Positions 13,176-25,165 of a stretch of 64,000 bases of DNA are shown here, piece after piece. Position numbers and translations under genes: made by a program. Source of the DNA: Amphiscolops sp. MND2022 (lineage: Eukaryota); assembly GCA_964187785.1 (NCBI GenBank), contig OZ076420.1, forward strand, positions 36,208,001-36,272,000, written 5' to 3'. The first letter of the stretch is position 1; every line of letters starts with the position of its first letter. The notes under the pieces were generated by a model. That model ran no database searches and was not told the DNA's origin. It saw only the letters and a program-made list of their open reading frames with translations.

Positions 13176-15285
13176 TAGGGTTGTTAGATTTAAATCAATT
13201 GATTTATATCATTGATTTAAATCATGATATGAATCAAAGCTGTGCGTGAATGTCAACTTTACTTGAAAGAGGGAAGTTGATAATTGTTATAATTTATATA
13301 TTATGTTTATACTATTAGCATATATTTTACCCTCTATATCAGACGTATCATTTCAGATTGAAATGTCAGGACGAAAACAAGACAACATTTGGAAACATTT
13401 CGAACGTCGAAAAAAGGTATATCCAAATTTTCGAGCAGCATTTCAAGTGAATTTAACTTAATTGAAACCAAATTCGCTAATTAATTGTTTGCTTAACGAA
13501 TTGCAATACCGGAGAACAATAAAGGATTTTGGGCTATTTGCAACCACTGCCAACGCGAAATGCAGGGAATTCCTCAGCAATTGAAGGCGCATTTGGACAA
13601 ATGTCATGAAAAATATGACTGTGTCGAAAAAATTCGAACACCTTCACTGAACAGCTATACTGTTTCCAACTTCAATGACTTCGGATCTCCAATGACTTCA
13701 GAGAATTTGAATCAAATATGTGAAACTCCCAGACCAGCGAAAATTAGCAGATTGATGACCAATTTCGTTAGCGTTAGTCGTACAGCAACCTGTGAAAAAA
13801 AAAGTTGGACTAAAGGTCGCAAAATACTTTCACGCAACCATCACTCCATTTTCACACGTGGACCACACTTCATTCAAAGAATTGTGCTCCACGCTTCGAC
13901 CTTGCTATAGGCCACCCTCGAGGCATCAAATTGAAGGCGATTTGCTCAACGCTGTGAATGAAGAGTGTCAGGAAATTGCAAAAAAGGACCTCAAAGACGA
14001 GTTAGTCACGCTCAGCTTAGATGGATGGACAAATGTAAACAACGAACCCATCGTTTGCATTGCATGCACAACATGCAAAGGGAACACGCTCTTGATATCG
14101 ACTATTGATACCTCAGGAAATTCTCAAACTGCTGAGTACTTAGAAAGGCTTGTGCAGGAAACCGTTGAACTGAATACACTGAAATACGGTTTCAAAGTTG
14201 TTGCTTTTGTTACAGACAACACAGGAAATGTCACGAAACTCCGCAGAAACTTGAGAGATTATACAATTTTCGAAACAATTTTCATGTACGAGTGCACAAC
14301 GTCAACAATGTCAGCGGTTGTTTCCAAGATAGTCGAAGTCAACAAGTACTTTCGAAACCACAAAAACCCTTCAGCCTGGCTCAAGGAGAAGGGCGCTAAA
14401 AAATTACAATTGCCATCAGATGTGCACTGGTACAGCATAGTACAGACGCTAACATTCCTATTTAGAAGCAATGGCAGACCTTTGAATATTGTCGATGGTC
14501 ACCGAGATAAAATTCCGAATGATATCAAAAGGCATGTTTCAGATATCAATTTGAAACGAAACGTTGAAGATCTGGCTATTATAATGAAAGCAATTGCTAA
14601 AGCCATTGGAATGATGGAATCATCAAAATGTAATTTGGCAATGGCCGTTAGTACCTGGCATGATCTTACAGCCGAATTGAACGAAGTTGTGCCAACAAAT
14701 ATGCAAGTGAATATCGCGAAGGGCAAACAACAGTCGAAGGGCAACAACAACCTGTCAAATGTTAATAACCTCCGCTTCCTTCTCGATCTTCGATTTGTCA
14801 GCATGGATATTCTGATGCAAGATGAGAAAAATATGGCATTTGAGCTTGCTCGAGAATTGCATCCCGATATGCTGGCGACGATAGTGCAATTCAAGGTTAA
14901 AGATGGACCCTTCAACGCACATTATTTTGAAGCAGCATCTTCGATATCGCCAGCAGCTTGGTGGAAGCTGATACCAATTGATCCAGATCTGAGTGAAATT
15001 ATCCGAAGGATTATTGCATGTTCCCCGTCAACAGCGCCTCTAGAGCGTCTTTTTTCAAGTTTTGGCATGATCCATACAAATGTGAGAAATCGACTGGGCG
15101 TCGAAAAGACCGGAAAACTCGTTTTCTGTCTCAAGGTTTTAAATTTGTAATTTTCGTTGCAGTTTAATCTTGCAAACAACGCACTTTCTTCAAAATTTTT
15201 TTAAAAAATCGTCGTTTTTGATTTAAATCAGATTTAAACCAAAAGAATCGGATTTTTTAAAAAATCCGATTTTTTCACAATCCTA
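13176..15285 (+). mobile_element. hAT DNA transposon, near full length, in an MCC intron
   Basis: TIRs TAGGGTTGT and ACAATCCTA. Exact 8-bp TSD ATTAGAAA at 13168-75 and 15286-93. Subterminal GATTTAAATCA repeats. Internal transposase. Confidence 0.95.
13363..15150 (+). pseudogene. hAT transposase (BED finger, DUF659-type core, dimerisation domain)
   Basis: BED finger W..C..C..HL..C after a probable intron at 13417-13514. Catalytic-type motifs LSLDGWT, VTDN and STAPLERLFS. One frameshift in an A9 run (13795-13803). The CxxH motif appears deleted. Confidence 0.85.
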
Positions 15286-15832
15286 ATTAGAAACTGATCA
15301 TACCCGTACCACTAAAAATCAAGACATTCCATTTGTTAAGAACTACCTTAGCGTCGAAATCGTTTAACGAAAATGGTTTCAAAAAGTTTCAATTGTTGAA
15401 CAACGTAACACTGCTGGAAATCAACATGTAAATTTCGCCCAGCAGTTCAGAAATTAATTTGAAAGCCTTAATTGTCTTCTTTTGAACGCACTATTAATTG
15501 TTTGTCGGCCTCGAATAGCTTAGAAGAGGTTTAAAATTTGAGCACCAGATTTTTGGATGGCTTCAAAATGTCCCCGTCCATTCAGAATAAGTAATATCAG
15601 TATATGAACGCAGTAAAATAAGGTTCTGTAGTTTAGGATATTTCAATGTAAGAGATTTTGCAATAAATTTTAATTAACTTTTCGAGCTTTTGAGACTAAC
15701 TTTGAGATTTTAGCTTCAAAGATTGAGCTTACACCGAAAATTTTAAATCATCTTTGAATGATTTTTCTCAAAGTTTTCGGGTTAATCAGCTTTCGCGGAC
15801 TCAATTAAATGGATCAGTTAATTGTCACTCAC

Positions 15833-16131
15833 TCAGAGATTCGCAGCTGGTAGGTATTGAATTACTGGCACCAGAAGTTACAAGGAAGCCCGAATCGAAC
15901 TCTTCCACGTCACTCAATTGGTTACTCAAAGAAACATTTGTTTCAAATGCCCTTCTTTTCTCTGCCACAGCTGCAGTCGAAGAGAAGTCATGACATGCAT
16001 GGACGTTGAGACCCCTTCGAACGAAATCTTCCAAAGATATAAGCCCATCTTGGTTTCCTCCTAGATCAGCCAAAATCTGCTCGAATGCATTTTCCATCTC
16101 CAACTGCTTGCACATAGACAACAAGTCATGA
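15833..16131 (-). CDS. MCC: MCC-like gene exon 2 (second EF-hand)
   Basis: HDLLSMCKQLEMENAFEQILADLGGNQDGLISLEDF aligns with vertebrate MCC NDLLMVCRQLNMEESVAEIMNQLGADENGKISFQDF. TTTTAG acceptor, GTGAGT donor, phase fits exon 1. Confidence 0.85.
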
Positions 16132-16299
16132 CTAAAATAGCATCAATAAATACTAGTTGAGTCCCTTTGCACTGAAAATTTATAATCTGTCATAGAATAT
16201 ATTAGAACTTTCACAATCTCAGGTCGAGCTTTTTCGCTTGGCTCATTACTGTTTGGTTTCCTTTTCAATCATTAATTCATATTCCAAATTATTCCAGGT

Positions 16300-18107
16300 A
16301 GCCTGGACGACCTGAAAGTCGTACATGATAAGCTGAAACAACACGGCTCGGCGTTCGGATACACACTAACTAAATGCAACATCATTACCAAAACTGAGAA
16401 TATCAATCAAGCTGAAAAACTGTTTAACAGCAGCGAAATTGAGATTGTCAAAGGACACCGTGTCCTCGGCTCGGTAATCGGTTCAGAATCATCGTGCAAT
16501 GAGTACAAACGTCAGAAACAAAACGAGTACATTGGAGTTGTCGAAAAGCTATCAAAACACGCTAAAACATCGCCACAAAACGCGTACCACTGTTTCGCTA
16601 AAGGACTTCAGAACAAGTTAACATTCTTATCCCGTACTACACCTGCAATCTTAGAAAATCTTCAAGAAACCGAAAAACTTATTAAGAACAAATTGATACC
16701 GGCTTTGACAGGCAAGCAAGAAGTTTCCGAAGACGACCGCCTCCTGTTTTCTCTACCCGTAAGGGACGGAGGTCTAAACATAAGTCTACCCGAAGACCGA
16801 CAGCAAGAAATCAACTGGTCCAGAGAAATGTCGTCATGTTTAGAAAATGATGATGCGGAACTGCAACAGACTGTTGTGATAAAACAGATTCGAAAAAAGA
16901 AATCTTCAAAAATCAAGGAAAAAATGGCTTTTTTGAAGGACAGACTTCACGAAAACCAACGATACGCTTTAGATCTTGCCGCTGAAAAAGGCGCCTCGAG
17001 TTGGCTGAACACGCTGCCACTGAAGCGTTATCACTTCGACCTGACAAAAACTGAGTTCCGCGACGGTTTAGCCCTGCGCTATGGCTGGGAACCACTGAAA
17101 ATACCGGCAATATGTCCATGTGGAGACACCTTTAGCCTGTCGCATTCCCTCCAATGCAACAAAGGTGGTTACACACAAATGCGACATGACGAAATTCGAG
17201 ACACTTTCGCCGCCATCATGAAGGATGTCTGTTTTGATGTCGAAATCGAGCCGAAGCTTCAGCCGTTAGAAGGCGAGTCCTTCGTTCATAAAACCACGAC
17301 AACTGAAGACGAAGCAAGACTAGACATTAAAGCCAATGGACTCTGGGATTCACGTTTTTGCCGAACTTTTTTCGACGTGAAAATTTTTAACCCACTAGCC
17401 AAATCATGCCCGAAAGATATCAAGGAGGCATACAAGTTCCACGAAACACAGAAGAAGCTCAAATATGAGTCGCGAATAATCAACGTTGAAAAGAGCACTT
17501 TCAACCCGCTCGTATTTGCCTGCACTGGCGGAGCTGGACCATCAGCCACGAAAGTCATAACCAGACTTGCGTCAAAGGTCAATGAAAAAAGCACCGAAAG
17601 TTACTCTGAAGCCATTAGCTATATCCGAACCAAAATAAGCTTCGCCCTACTCCGCAGCTGCGTCCTCTGTCTAAGGGGCTGTAGGTCGACTCGCTGTCAA
17701 CCAGCCATGGAGTCTTCGATTAGCGCTGTTGTCCACGAGGGAGGGCTGTCATGAACTTTGACAATCCTTCGGGTGCGAATAACCTTAGAATCAACACCTT
17801 TTTTTGTTTTCTTTGGACATTCAATAAAATTGAGATACGATGACCTATTTTATAAATCATCCTCCACTTGCCGATGTTTTCAGAATTTGTTTTTATGGGA
17901 CCGTTACTGACACTGTAAGGAGGCTCTGCAGCTTGCAGCGTTTTGACACCTGTTCTTCTTTGCTTTTTCTTTCAATTTTTCTTTACGGACACGCCCCCTC
18001 TGTACTATGGGCACAAACAAGCTTTTAAAAACTAACTTGTGGTTTCAATACGCGCGGTCCTTCAGTAGTTAAGAGAGAGAATTGCGAAAATTTAGTTTTT
18101 CATTGAA
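16300..18107 (+). mobile_element. 5'-truncated CRE-clade (RLE-type) non-LTR retrotransposon
   Basis: Stop-free frame 16300-17754 encodes the RT C-terminal part, CPCG..H..C, RHDEIRD and the LDIKANGLW..FFDVK endonuclease motif. TSD AAATTATTCCAGGT at 16286-99 and 18108-21. Confidence 0.9.
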
Positions 18108-18124
18108 AAATTATTCCAGGTGTT

Positions 18125-18588
18125 TAGTGTTAGCAACTGAATTGAATTTTAATTTCAGTTACAGTTACAGTTGAATAAATGAATAATTGACGAATCAGTT
18201 AGTTATTTTTTTTGACAATTTCAGTTAATAAATCAGTTGTGAAATAAAATGACGTTTTTCACAATTGAAATTTACAAAAGAAATGATTGAAAAGAAAGCC
18301 TGAAATCAAGGAAACGCGCATCGAGTTCAAAAATTGGTTCAAAATTACAAATATGTCACAAGAACCTGAAATATCCATCACACAGCAGGCAAACGAGGGT
18401 GCTAACGTGTCTGGTGACTCGACCTCACAGGACTTTTTGAACTGACTTGTATTTCAGTTATTAAAATTTAATTCAGTTTCTTGAAACATATTCTTTCCAG
18501 TTAAAGTTACAGTTAGTACGGTTGTGTTCACGTTTCAGTTACATGCATTTCAGTTACAGTTATGATTCAGTTACAGTTGCTAACACTA
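18125..18588. mobile_element. hAT-type MITE
   Basis: 15-bp TIRs TAGTGTTAGCAACTG and CAGTTGCTAACACTA. 8-bp TSD CAGGTGTT (18117-24, 18589-96). Subterminal CAGTTA repeats. Confidence 0.93.
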
Positions 18589-19292
18589 CAGGTGTTGTCC
18601 AATTTTGCCTTAAAAGTACAATGAAAAAGTTTTTTTCTGGTCGATGAGTCTGATAGCTACAAAAGTTTCCTCTTAGAAAACGAAACATTGGTTTCAGCGT
18701 AGAAATTCATATTATGTTCTACCACTTTTTGCCAAAACATGTTGGATGCTGGTGAAACCTCGACAGTGCCTTTCACTTGGCACAGCGGTTAACTCGAGTA
18801 TCCCTACAAAGTGAAGTAGTACCTCAGCGTGTGCACCAATTTTTTTCAATGCTTGCAAAGGTAGAGATGTAGAGGAAAAACCAACGGAGTATAAAGTGTC
18901 GATGTGATATCGACCCTTGGAAACTCGAGAAACTTCTGCGACTGTTTATCATATCTACAATATTCTAGGATAAAAATTTTCTAAACTCAAAGTACATTTT
19001 TGAAAACATTAATACTTTTTGAATTTTGCATGTCAAAGTAATTAAGTTTCTATGAAAACTGTATAGGCTTTATTTCAATTAGGAAAAAAACACGGAAAGT
19101 CACTATAATAGTCGCGATTTATTTCACGAAGAGCCGACTAAACAGTCCACTTCGTTGTTTGTTATAACCGAATCCGTAAAATATTCCCGAATCCGTAAAA
19201 AGCGCAGTGACATGGGAACAAGGAACATAAAAACTTCTTGGTACATCTGAGCGCTCATTTGGAAATAAAAAAGACTTGTACGAAAAACATAC

Positions 19293-19399
19293 CTATCAAT
19301 GTAGCCATCGCCATTTTCATCACATAAATAGAACAGTCGTCTAAGTCTTTCCTCTTCACAGATGCTCGATTCTGTTTCGGCACTATCGTGATCGGACAT
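19293..19399 (-). CDS. MCC: MCC-like gene exon 1 (N-terminal EF-hand)
   Basis: MSDHDSAETESSICEEERLRRLFYLCDENGDGYID matches MCC EEERMRRLFQTCDGDGDGYIS. AG|GTATGT donor in phase 2. Confidence 0.88.
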
Positions 19400-19946
19400 A
19401 GCACCCAACTAATTTTGCAACCATCAACATCTAAAAACATGTGAATTCAATGACTTGAGAAACCTTAACAAGGAGTCGCTATTGGGATCTAACGCCCAAG
19501 ATCCAAAAGACCTTCAACCAAATTAGAGCACAGATCAATGTCTAAAAAAAAACAAAATAACGTCTAAACAGGGGAATAACGTCCTAAAAACGGGAATAAC
19601 GTTGGTATATCAGAAATGGATCGTCGTCATCAATCAGCGTTTAAAAAAACGCTTCTTTATTCATCATGTGCCCCCACCCGGGCAACAGACAAAAATTCCA
19701 ACCAAGATAGGAAACAAAAAGAATTGAGAAACGAGATCATGCAACATGAGAGTTCAATAGATCGAAGACATTTCAATTCAGAAACTCAATGAGGCTCGTG
19801 AAAAGGTAACGATTATGAAGCAAAGAACACATAAATTATTAAATAGGTCGGAGACTGCCCCCCGGCCTATCTGTTTCAGTGCTTGATTGAAAAGACCGGA
19901 TACTGGAGAGCCCTTTACGTGAAAGGGATTTTAGAGGCCGGCATTT

Positions 19947-20339
19947 ATGGTTTACATAATTGGAGCACGTTCGCTGAACACTACTATCAGAAGCATACCC
20001 TACCAATTTAGAAGAGAACTATTTGGCAGAAGTTACAGCCTCAGAGGGCTCAGCTTCAACTGGAACGCTAAAAACCCATTGAAGGTGTTACAAAATCTAT
20101 CGACAGGAAGGGGTATACTTGCCAGAAAGTACAAAGTCATAATTTGGCAAGACATCATAAGCAATTCGATTAGCAAACATCGAAGCAATAACTACAGGGC
20201 CGCAAGTGTTGAAAAGTTACTCCATATACTGCGTGACCTCAGTTACAGAATTGAAGCCGTAGTGTATTGTAGACGTGAAGGAGCCCTCGACGTTTTCCGC
20301 AAACTGTTGGAGACCAAAATTACCATCCTAGACGTCAAA
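19947..20339 (+). pseudogene. SGNH-hydrolase-like ORF, part 1 of 3
   Basis: VYIIGARSL (block I-like) and IIWQDIISNS (block III-like). Interrupted after ILDVK by the CRE insertion and continues in frame at 23453. Confidence 0.6.
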
Positions 20340-23300
20340 ATTTTTGGAGCCACATAAATTCCGAAACATTACCAACGCTGACGAAAATATACAGCGAAAT
20401 AGTCCACTGGAAAGCCGTCCTTTACACGATCAGCAAAAACAAGACAGGCTTTAAGTTCACTGATACTATGAACACGGTACTCTCAGGAACTTCAGACAGA
20501 CCTGAAAAAGCTGAAATAGCATTGATTGCAACAATGGTGATGCCCCATCTAATCCTTGCTAGAAGTAAAGACGGTAACGATGGATCCATCACGAAGACCA
20601 TCGGGAGATAGTTGGACCAATGGCTAAACGGGAACTTCATGGATCTTTTTCTGGAAGCCAAGGCACTGCAAGAACGTCTGCCCAAAAAGTCGAAGAAAGA
20701 TCACGACGAATACAAAGAGTTCGACAAATACATGACAACAGGCAGAATATCAAGCGCCATACGATGCCTATCAGAAGACGTAAAAGGTGGCAACCTTTCC
20801 ACGACTGAAAAAATCACTGTCGATGGGAAGACCAGGACTGTTCTTGATATCTTACATGAAAAACACCCCAAAAGTCAACCATGTAACCCTGCCTTTATCG
20901 AACAAGACCCTAGCAACGCCTTACCATACCATCCACAGATATTTGAGAGAATAAACGCTGCTTGCATCCGAAAGTCGGCGATGAAAACCAACGGAAGCCA
21001 TGGACCATCCGGACTGGACTCTCAAGAGTGGAGAAGGCTCCTTACGTCATTTAAGAACTCCTCCAGTGACCTCTGTAAAACAATCGCCAAGCTCGCCATT
21101 CGAATTTCAACAGAAAAGCTTCCCTTCTTGATGGCCTAGAACGCATGTCGACTAATTGCACTTGATAAGTGCCCCGGCGTACGGCCAATTGGAATAGGTG
21201 AAGTTCTGCGTAGAATAATCGGCAGAAGCATTATGAAATGCATTAAGCGAGATCTAGCTCTCCTAGGCAACAACACCCAAATGTGCCTCAGGCAAAAATG
21301 TGGGATTGAGCATGCCATCCATGCTCTTCGGAAAGCCTATGAAAGCCCTGAGGTTGAGGGCATTCTGCTAATCGATGCTCAAAATGCATTTAACAGCCTC
21401 AACAGAGAACTAGCGCTGAAAAATATCAACAAACTGTGCCCCTCCTTATCCCAAGCCATCGGGAACTCGTACTCCACGCCATCCGACCTGTACATTAACC
21501 GGAGCACAGTAAAATCTCAAGAAGGTACAACCCAGGGCGATCCACTGGCCATGGCCATGTACGGTATAGCCATTCTTCCTCTCATTGAACGAGTAATGTC
21601 TGACAACGTCACTCAAAAATGGTATGCCGATGATGGAAATGCTGCAGGATCAATTCCTTTGCTGTCAAAGCTATACCACGACCTTAAGGAGATTGGACCT
21701 CATTTCGGTTACAAGGTCATCAAATGCCATCTCATTACAAAACCCGACTTCGAACAGAGAGCAAGAGATTTATTTGCAAACGAGGACGTGGAAGTAATAA
21801 ATGGCCATAGAGTCCTTGGCTCTGTAATCGGAACTGAGGAGCGCTGCCAAGAATTTTTCGACGAAAAAAGCAACACTTACTCAAAACTGCTGAAAAAGCT
21901 ATCAAAGCATGCAAAGGTCGCACCCCAAAACGTTTACAAAGCCTTCACATACGGGGTCCAACAAAAACTTACCTTTATTACCCGTATCACACCCAAATCC
22001 GAAGACCTAATCGAGAAAACTGAGAAGTTTATCACCGACGACCTCATACCGTCATTGGTCAGCCACCCAACATACAATGAGAAATATCGAAAAATATTCT
22101 CGCTTCCTGTTCGTGAAGGGGGCTTCAGCATCCTCTTACCCGAGGACAGAGCTCACGAATACGAGCGGTCACTGAAAATAACTAAACCCTTCGAAAATAT
22201 GCACGATCACACTGACATCGATGCAGAGCAAATGCAAATCGCCAAAAACATCAAAAGAGAAAAAAACCGAAATGTCAAAATCAAAAGAAAACGAAATCGA
22301 CGCTCTACTCACAGAAGACGAAAAGTACGCAATAAAACTGGCCAAAGAAAAGGGCGCCTCCTGCTGGCTCAATGCCCTGCCGCTTAAGAAATATCACTTC
22401 GACTTAACAAAAAGTGAATTTCGCGACGGCATAGCGCTGCGATACGGATGGGAACCAGTTAAACTTCCGAGTAACTGTGCTTGCAACGAACCATTCACAG
22501 TATCCCACGCATTGCACTGCCCTAAAGGTGGTTACACCCACATCAGACACAATGACATCCGTGATTCCTTCGCCAATCTCTTGAACGAAGTATGCGACGA
22601 TGTCGAAATCGAGCCTTGTCTTCAGTCTTTGCAAGGCGAAGCCTTCGCAAATAGAACTACCACTACTGATGACGATGCCCGCCTCGACATTCGAGCAAAT
22701 GGTCTGTGGGAGAATAGATTCTCGAAGACTTTCTTCGACGTGAAGATTTTCAATCCTCACGCAAGAACATGTCCAAAAGACATTGGCGGAGCATACAAAA
22801 TGCACGAACAAATAAAAAAGCTAAAATACGAACAACGAATGCGAGAAGTCGAACATGCCACCTTCAATCCGCTCGTCTTCTCCTGCACTGGAGGAGCAGG
22901 CCCATCCGCGTCAAAGGTAATCAAGCGGATAGCAGGAAAACTGAGCGACAAAAAGGAGGATTCCTACTCGGACATCATCACTTTTATCCGGACAAAAATC
23001 AGCTTCGCGCTTTTGCGAAGTTCCATTCTGTGTATCCGTGGCTCGCGTTCGCTGCGTCGTCGTGGGATAGTTGAAGCCTCGATAGGAACTGTCGTTGAGG
23101 AAGGTAGACTGCTGATCTAATATAAAATGCCTTAGTGCTATTCACATGACGTGCTTTCAAGCTAGACATTTATATTTGATGCTATTTTTATTTTGATAAA
23201 TTTAGGAGCCTCCACTTGCTTAATTCAATTGATAATTTTTTACTAATAATTGTAAATTATTGGGGGTCGTCGTTGACACCTGGGGAGGCTTCGGGCTTGG

Positions 23301-23437
23301 AGCGTATCGGTGCCACCCTTCATTTCTAGACTGCCCACTATTTAATTTCGGGCTACACATTTAAAAATCATCCATCCTAAAACGTGGCCCCGATGCGCAC
23401 GACCCCTTGTATTCAAAAAAATAGTAAAGGAAAAAAA
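20340..23437 (+). mobile_element. 5'-truncated CRE-clade non-LTR retrotransposon (second subfamily)
   Basis: RT motifs GPSGLD, RPIGIGE, QGDPLAM and YADD, then CCHC and the RLE motif (RHNDIRD, LDIRANGLW, FFDVK). A few stops and frameshifts. A-rich tail and 15-bp TSD ATCCTAGACGTCAAA (20325-39, 23438-52). Confidence 0.93.
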
Positions 23438-23452
23438 ATCCTAGACGTCAAA

Positions 23453-23609
23453 TCAGACCTCCTATCCCATCGCAAGAGTGAAGATTTGAAAGTTCTAGAC
23501 GACTTGAAACAAACGCACCCGTCCACTGAACTCGAAGCCCGATTGCTTTCAATTGTCTGGCCGCCAGACTCTGGCGGCACAGAAAGAACTTGAAGAATCT
23601 TTATAAGAG
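23453..23609 (+). pseudogene. SGNH-like ORF, part 2 of 3
   Basis: SDLLSHRKSEDLKVLDDLKQTHPSTELEARLLSIVW is in frame with part 1 across the TSD. Carries a 14-bp footprint at about 23561-74. Confidence 0.65.
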
Positions 23610-24408
23610 TACAGGAAACCTATATAAGGAATTTTGGAAAAATTAAAAATGATTAAACATCAAACGTTCGGACAGATTTACGATGAGAAACAAGTTATTG
23701 TTATCAGAGGGTGGGCGGATGTAGGTCGGAGGAACGGGGTCGAAAATCAGAGTTAGTCCTCAAGTCGACATACGAAATTTTTGAATGGGATCGAAAGAAC
23801 TCGGATCGAAATTTTTATAACGTAGTCAGATATGTTATTATACCCCTAGTGCCCTGAATGCAGGAGCGAAGCGAAGCGGAGCGACGTGCCATATGGCCAT
23901 GCCTCAATGTTGCTACTTGGCGAAGGGAGCGAAGCGACCGAGCCATACAACAAATACGATAAAATTCGGCCGCATTCCATTCGATCCCTGCAATTCGATC
24001 AAAAGGTTCGACCTCTGTCCTTTCGACCAGAGAAATTCGACCTATTTACAGCCACCCGTTATCAGACATATTCGAATAAGGGTTGTCGGGGATCGACAAT
24101 CCTAGGTTAACCAACTGTCGGGGTTCGACAGTAAGATATCCAAAGTAAGTAAAAAACCGTTGGGTTTCGACGGACTGTATTGAGAAAATTTAAAAACCTT
24201 CAGATATAGGCGGACTTCGCCAGACTATCAAAAAGATAAAGGGTATTTAGGCGATATGAGAATTTGGCCATTTGCTTTTCGCCTATTGTCAAAATTGCTA
24301 GAGCTATATCTCACATTGAATACATTCACAAATTCAAATAAACATTTCTTCTATCTGGACATAGAATTAATTTTTCTATAACCACGTTTTCGTATTGAGG
24401 ACGTTACA
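23610..24408 (+). repeat. 5' LTR (about 441 bp plus an inserted MITE)
   Basis: Aligns to 37390-37828 once 23709-24066 is removed. Confidence 0.9.
23709..24057. mobile_element. Mutator-type MITE, copy 1
   Basis: Imperfect TIRs GGGTGG..TAGGTCG. 9-bp TSD GTTATCAGA (23700-08, 24058-66). Absent from the 3' LTR. Confidence 0.88.
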
Positions 24409-24409
24409 G

Positions 24410-24421
24410 TGGTGGCAAGGG
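24410..24421 (+). promoter_or_regulatory. Primer-binding site (possibly tRNA-Leu)
   Basis: TGGTGGCAAGGG 1 nt after the LTR end. Resembles the complement of the tRNA-Leu 3' end (TGGTGGCAGCGG). Confidence 0.6.
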
Positions 24422-25165
24422 TTCTGGAATCCATAAATCGCAAAATAAAAAAAAACCATCATCTGAAAAGAAAAACACTTTTCCAAAATCTGAAAAATTT
24501 TCCCTCTCATCAAAAACAATCTTCAACGACTTAGGCATTCCAAATAGTGCCAGACCCGAGACTACGATCCAGACAACAAAAGTTAGTAATTTTCGGACTC
24601 TACGTAGTGGAGTTACCCTAAGCGTTAGAGTCGACTAAAAATTAGAGAAATTTTGGTGATCATATTTTTCTCAAAAGTATTTTAGGTAAACTCTTGAAAA
24701 AAACGAGACCGAAAAACAACCACTGAAATTAAACTACAATTGGTAACGCCACCAATTGTTGAGACCGGATACAATCAGAAGTCACGAAGTAAGAGCAACA
24801 GAGCTATTGGATACGGTTGATTAAAACTATACCAGTACTTGAAGAAATCTATAGTTTAAAACAGATTCTCAACCTTTAGTTTGTTACAAATAGTTATTCA
24901 ATGAGCATCACTGCTAAGATACGACTATACAGTGCGAGTCGCGCAAAGTGAAAAAACAAACTGGTGAGGAAATAAAGAAAAACTATGAACAATATTAAAT
25001 AAAAATTATATCTCGAAAAAGGAATCAGTGGGTTCCATTGACCCCATAAAAAGCAGCTAGCTCTTGTTAGTTGGTCATTTTCGCGGAGCTAGTTGAAAAC
25101 CAAAATTTTTTTTAAGAAAAAGGAACACAACAAATTAACTAAAGTGTCGGGTTGATAGCAGAACA

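Noticed and set aside
19947-23120. CRE element with its own esterase ORF1
   Set aside because: The 15-bp TSD shows the CRE inserted into the SGNH-like ORF.
23262-23406. Separate MITE or a hammerhead/HDV ribozyme in the CRE 3' UTR
   Set aside because: No TSD and no catalytic core motifs. It is conserved in the other CRE UTR, so it is treated as UTR structure.
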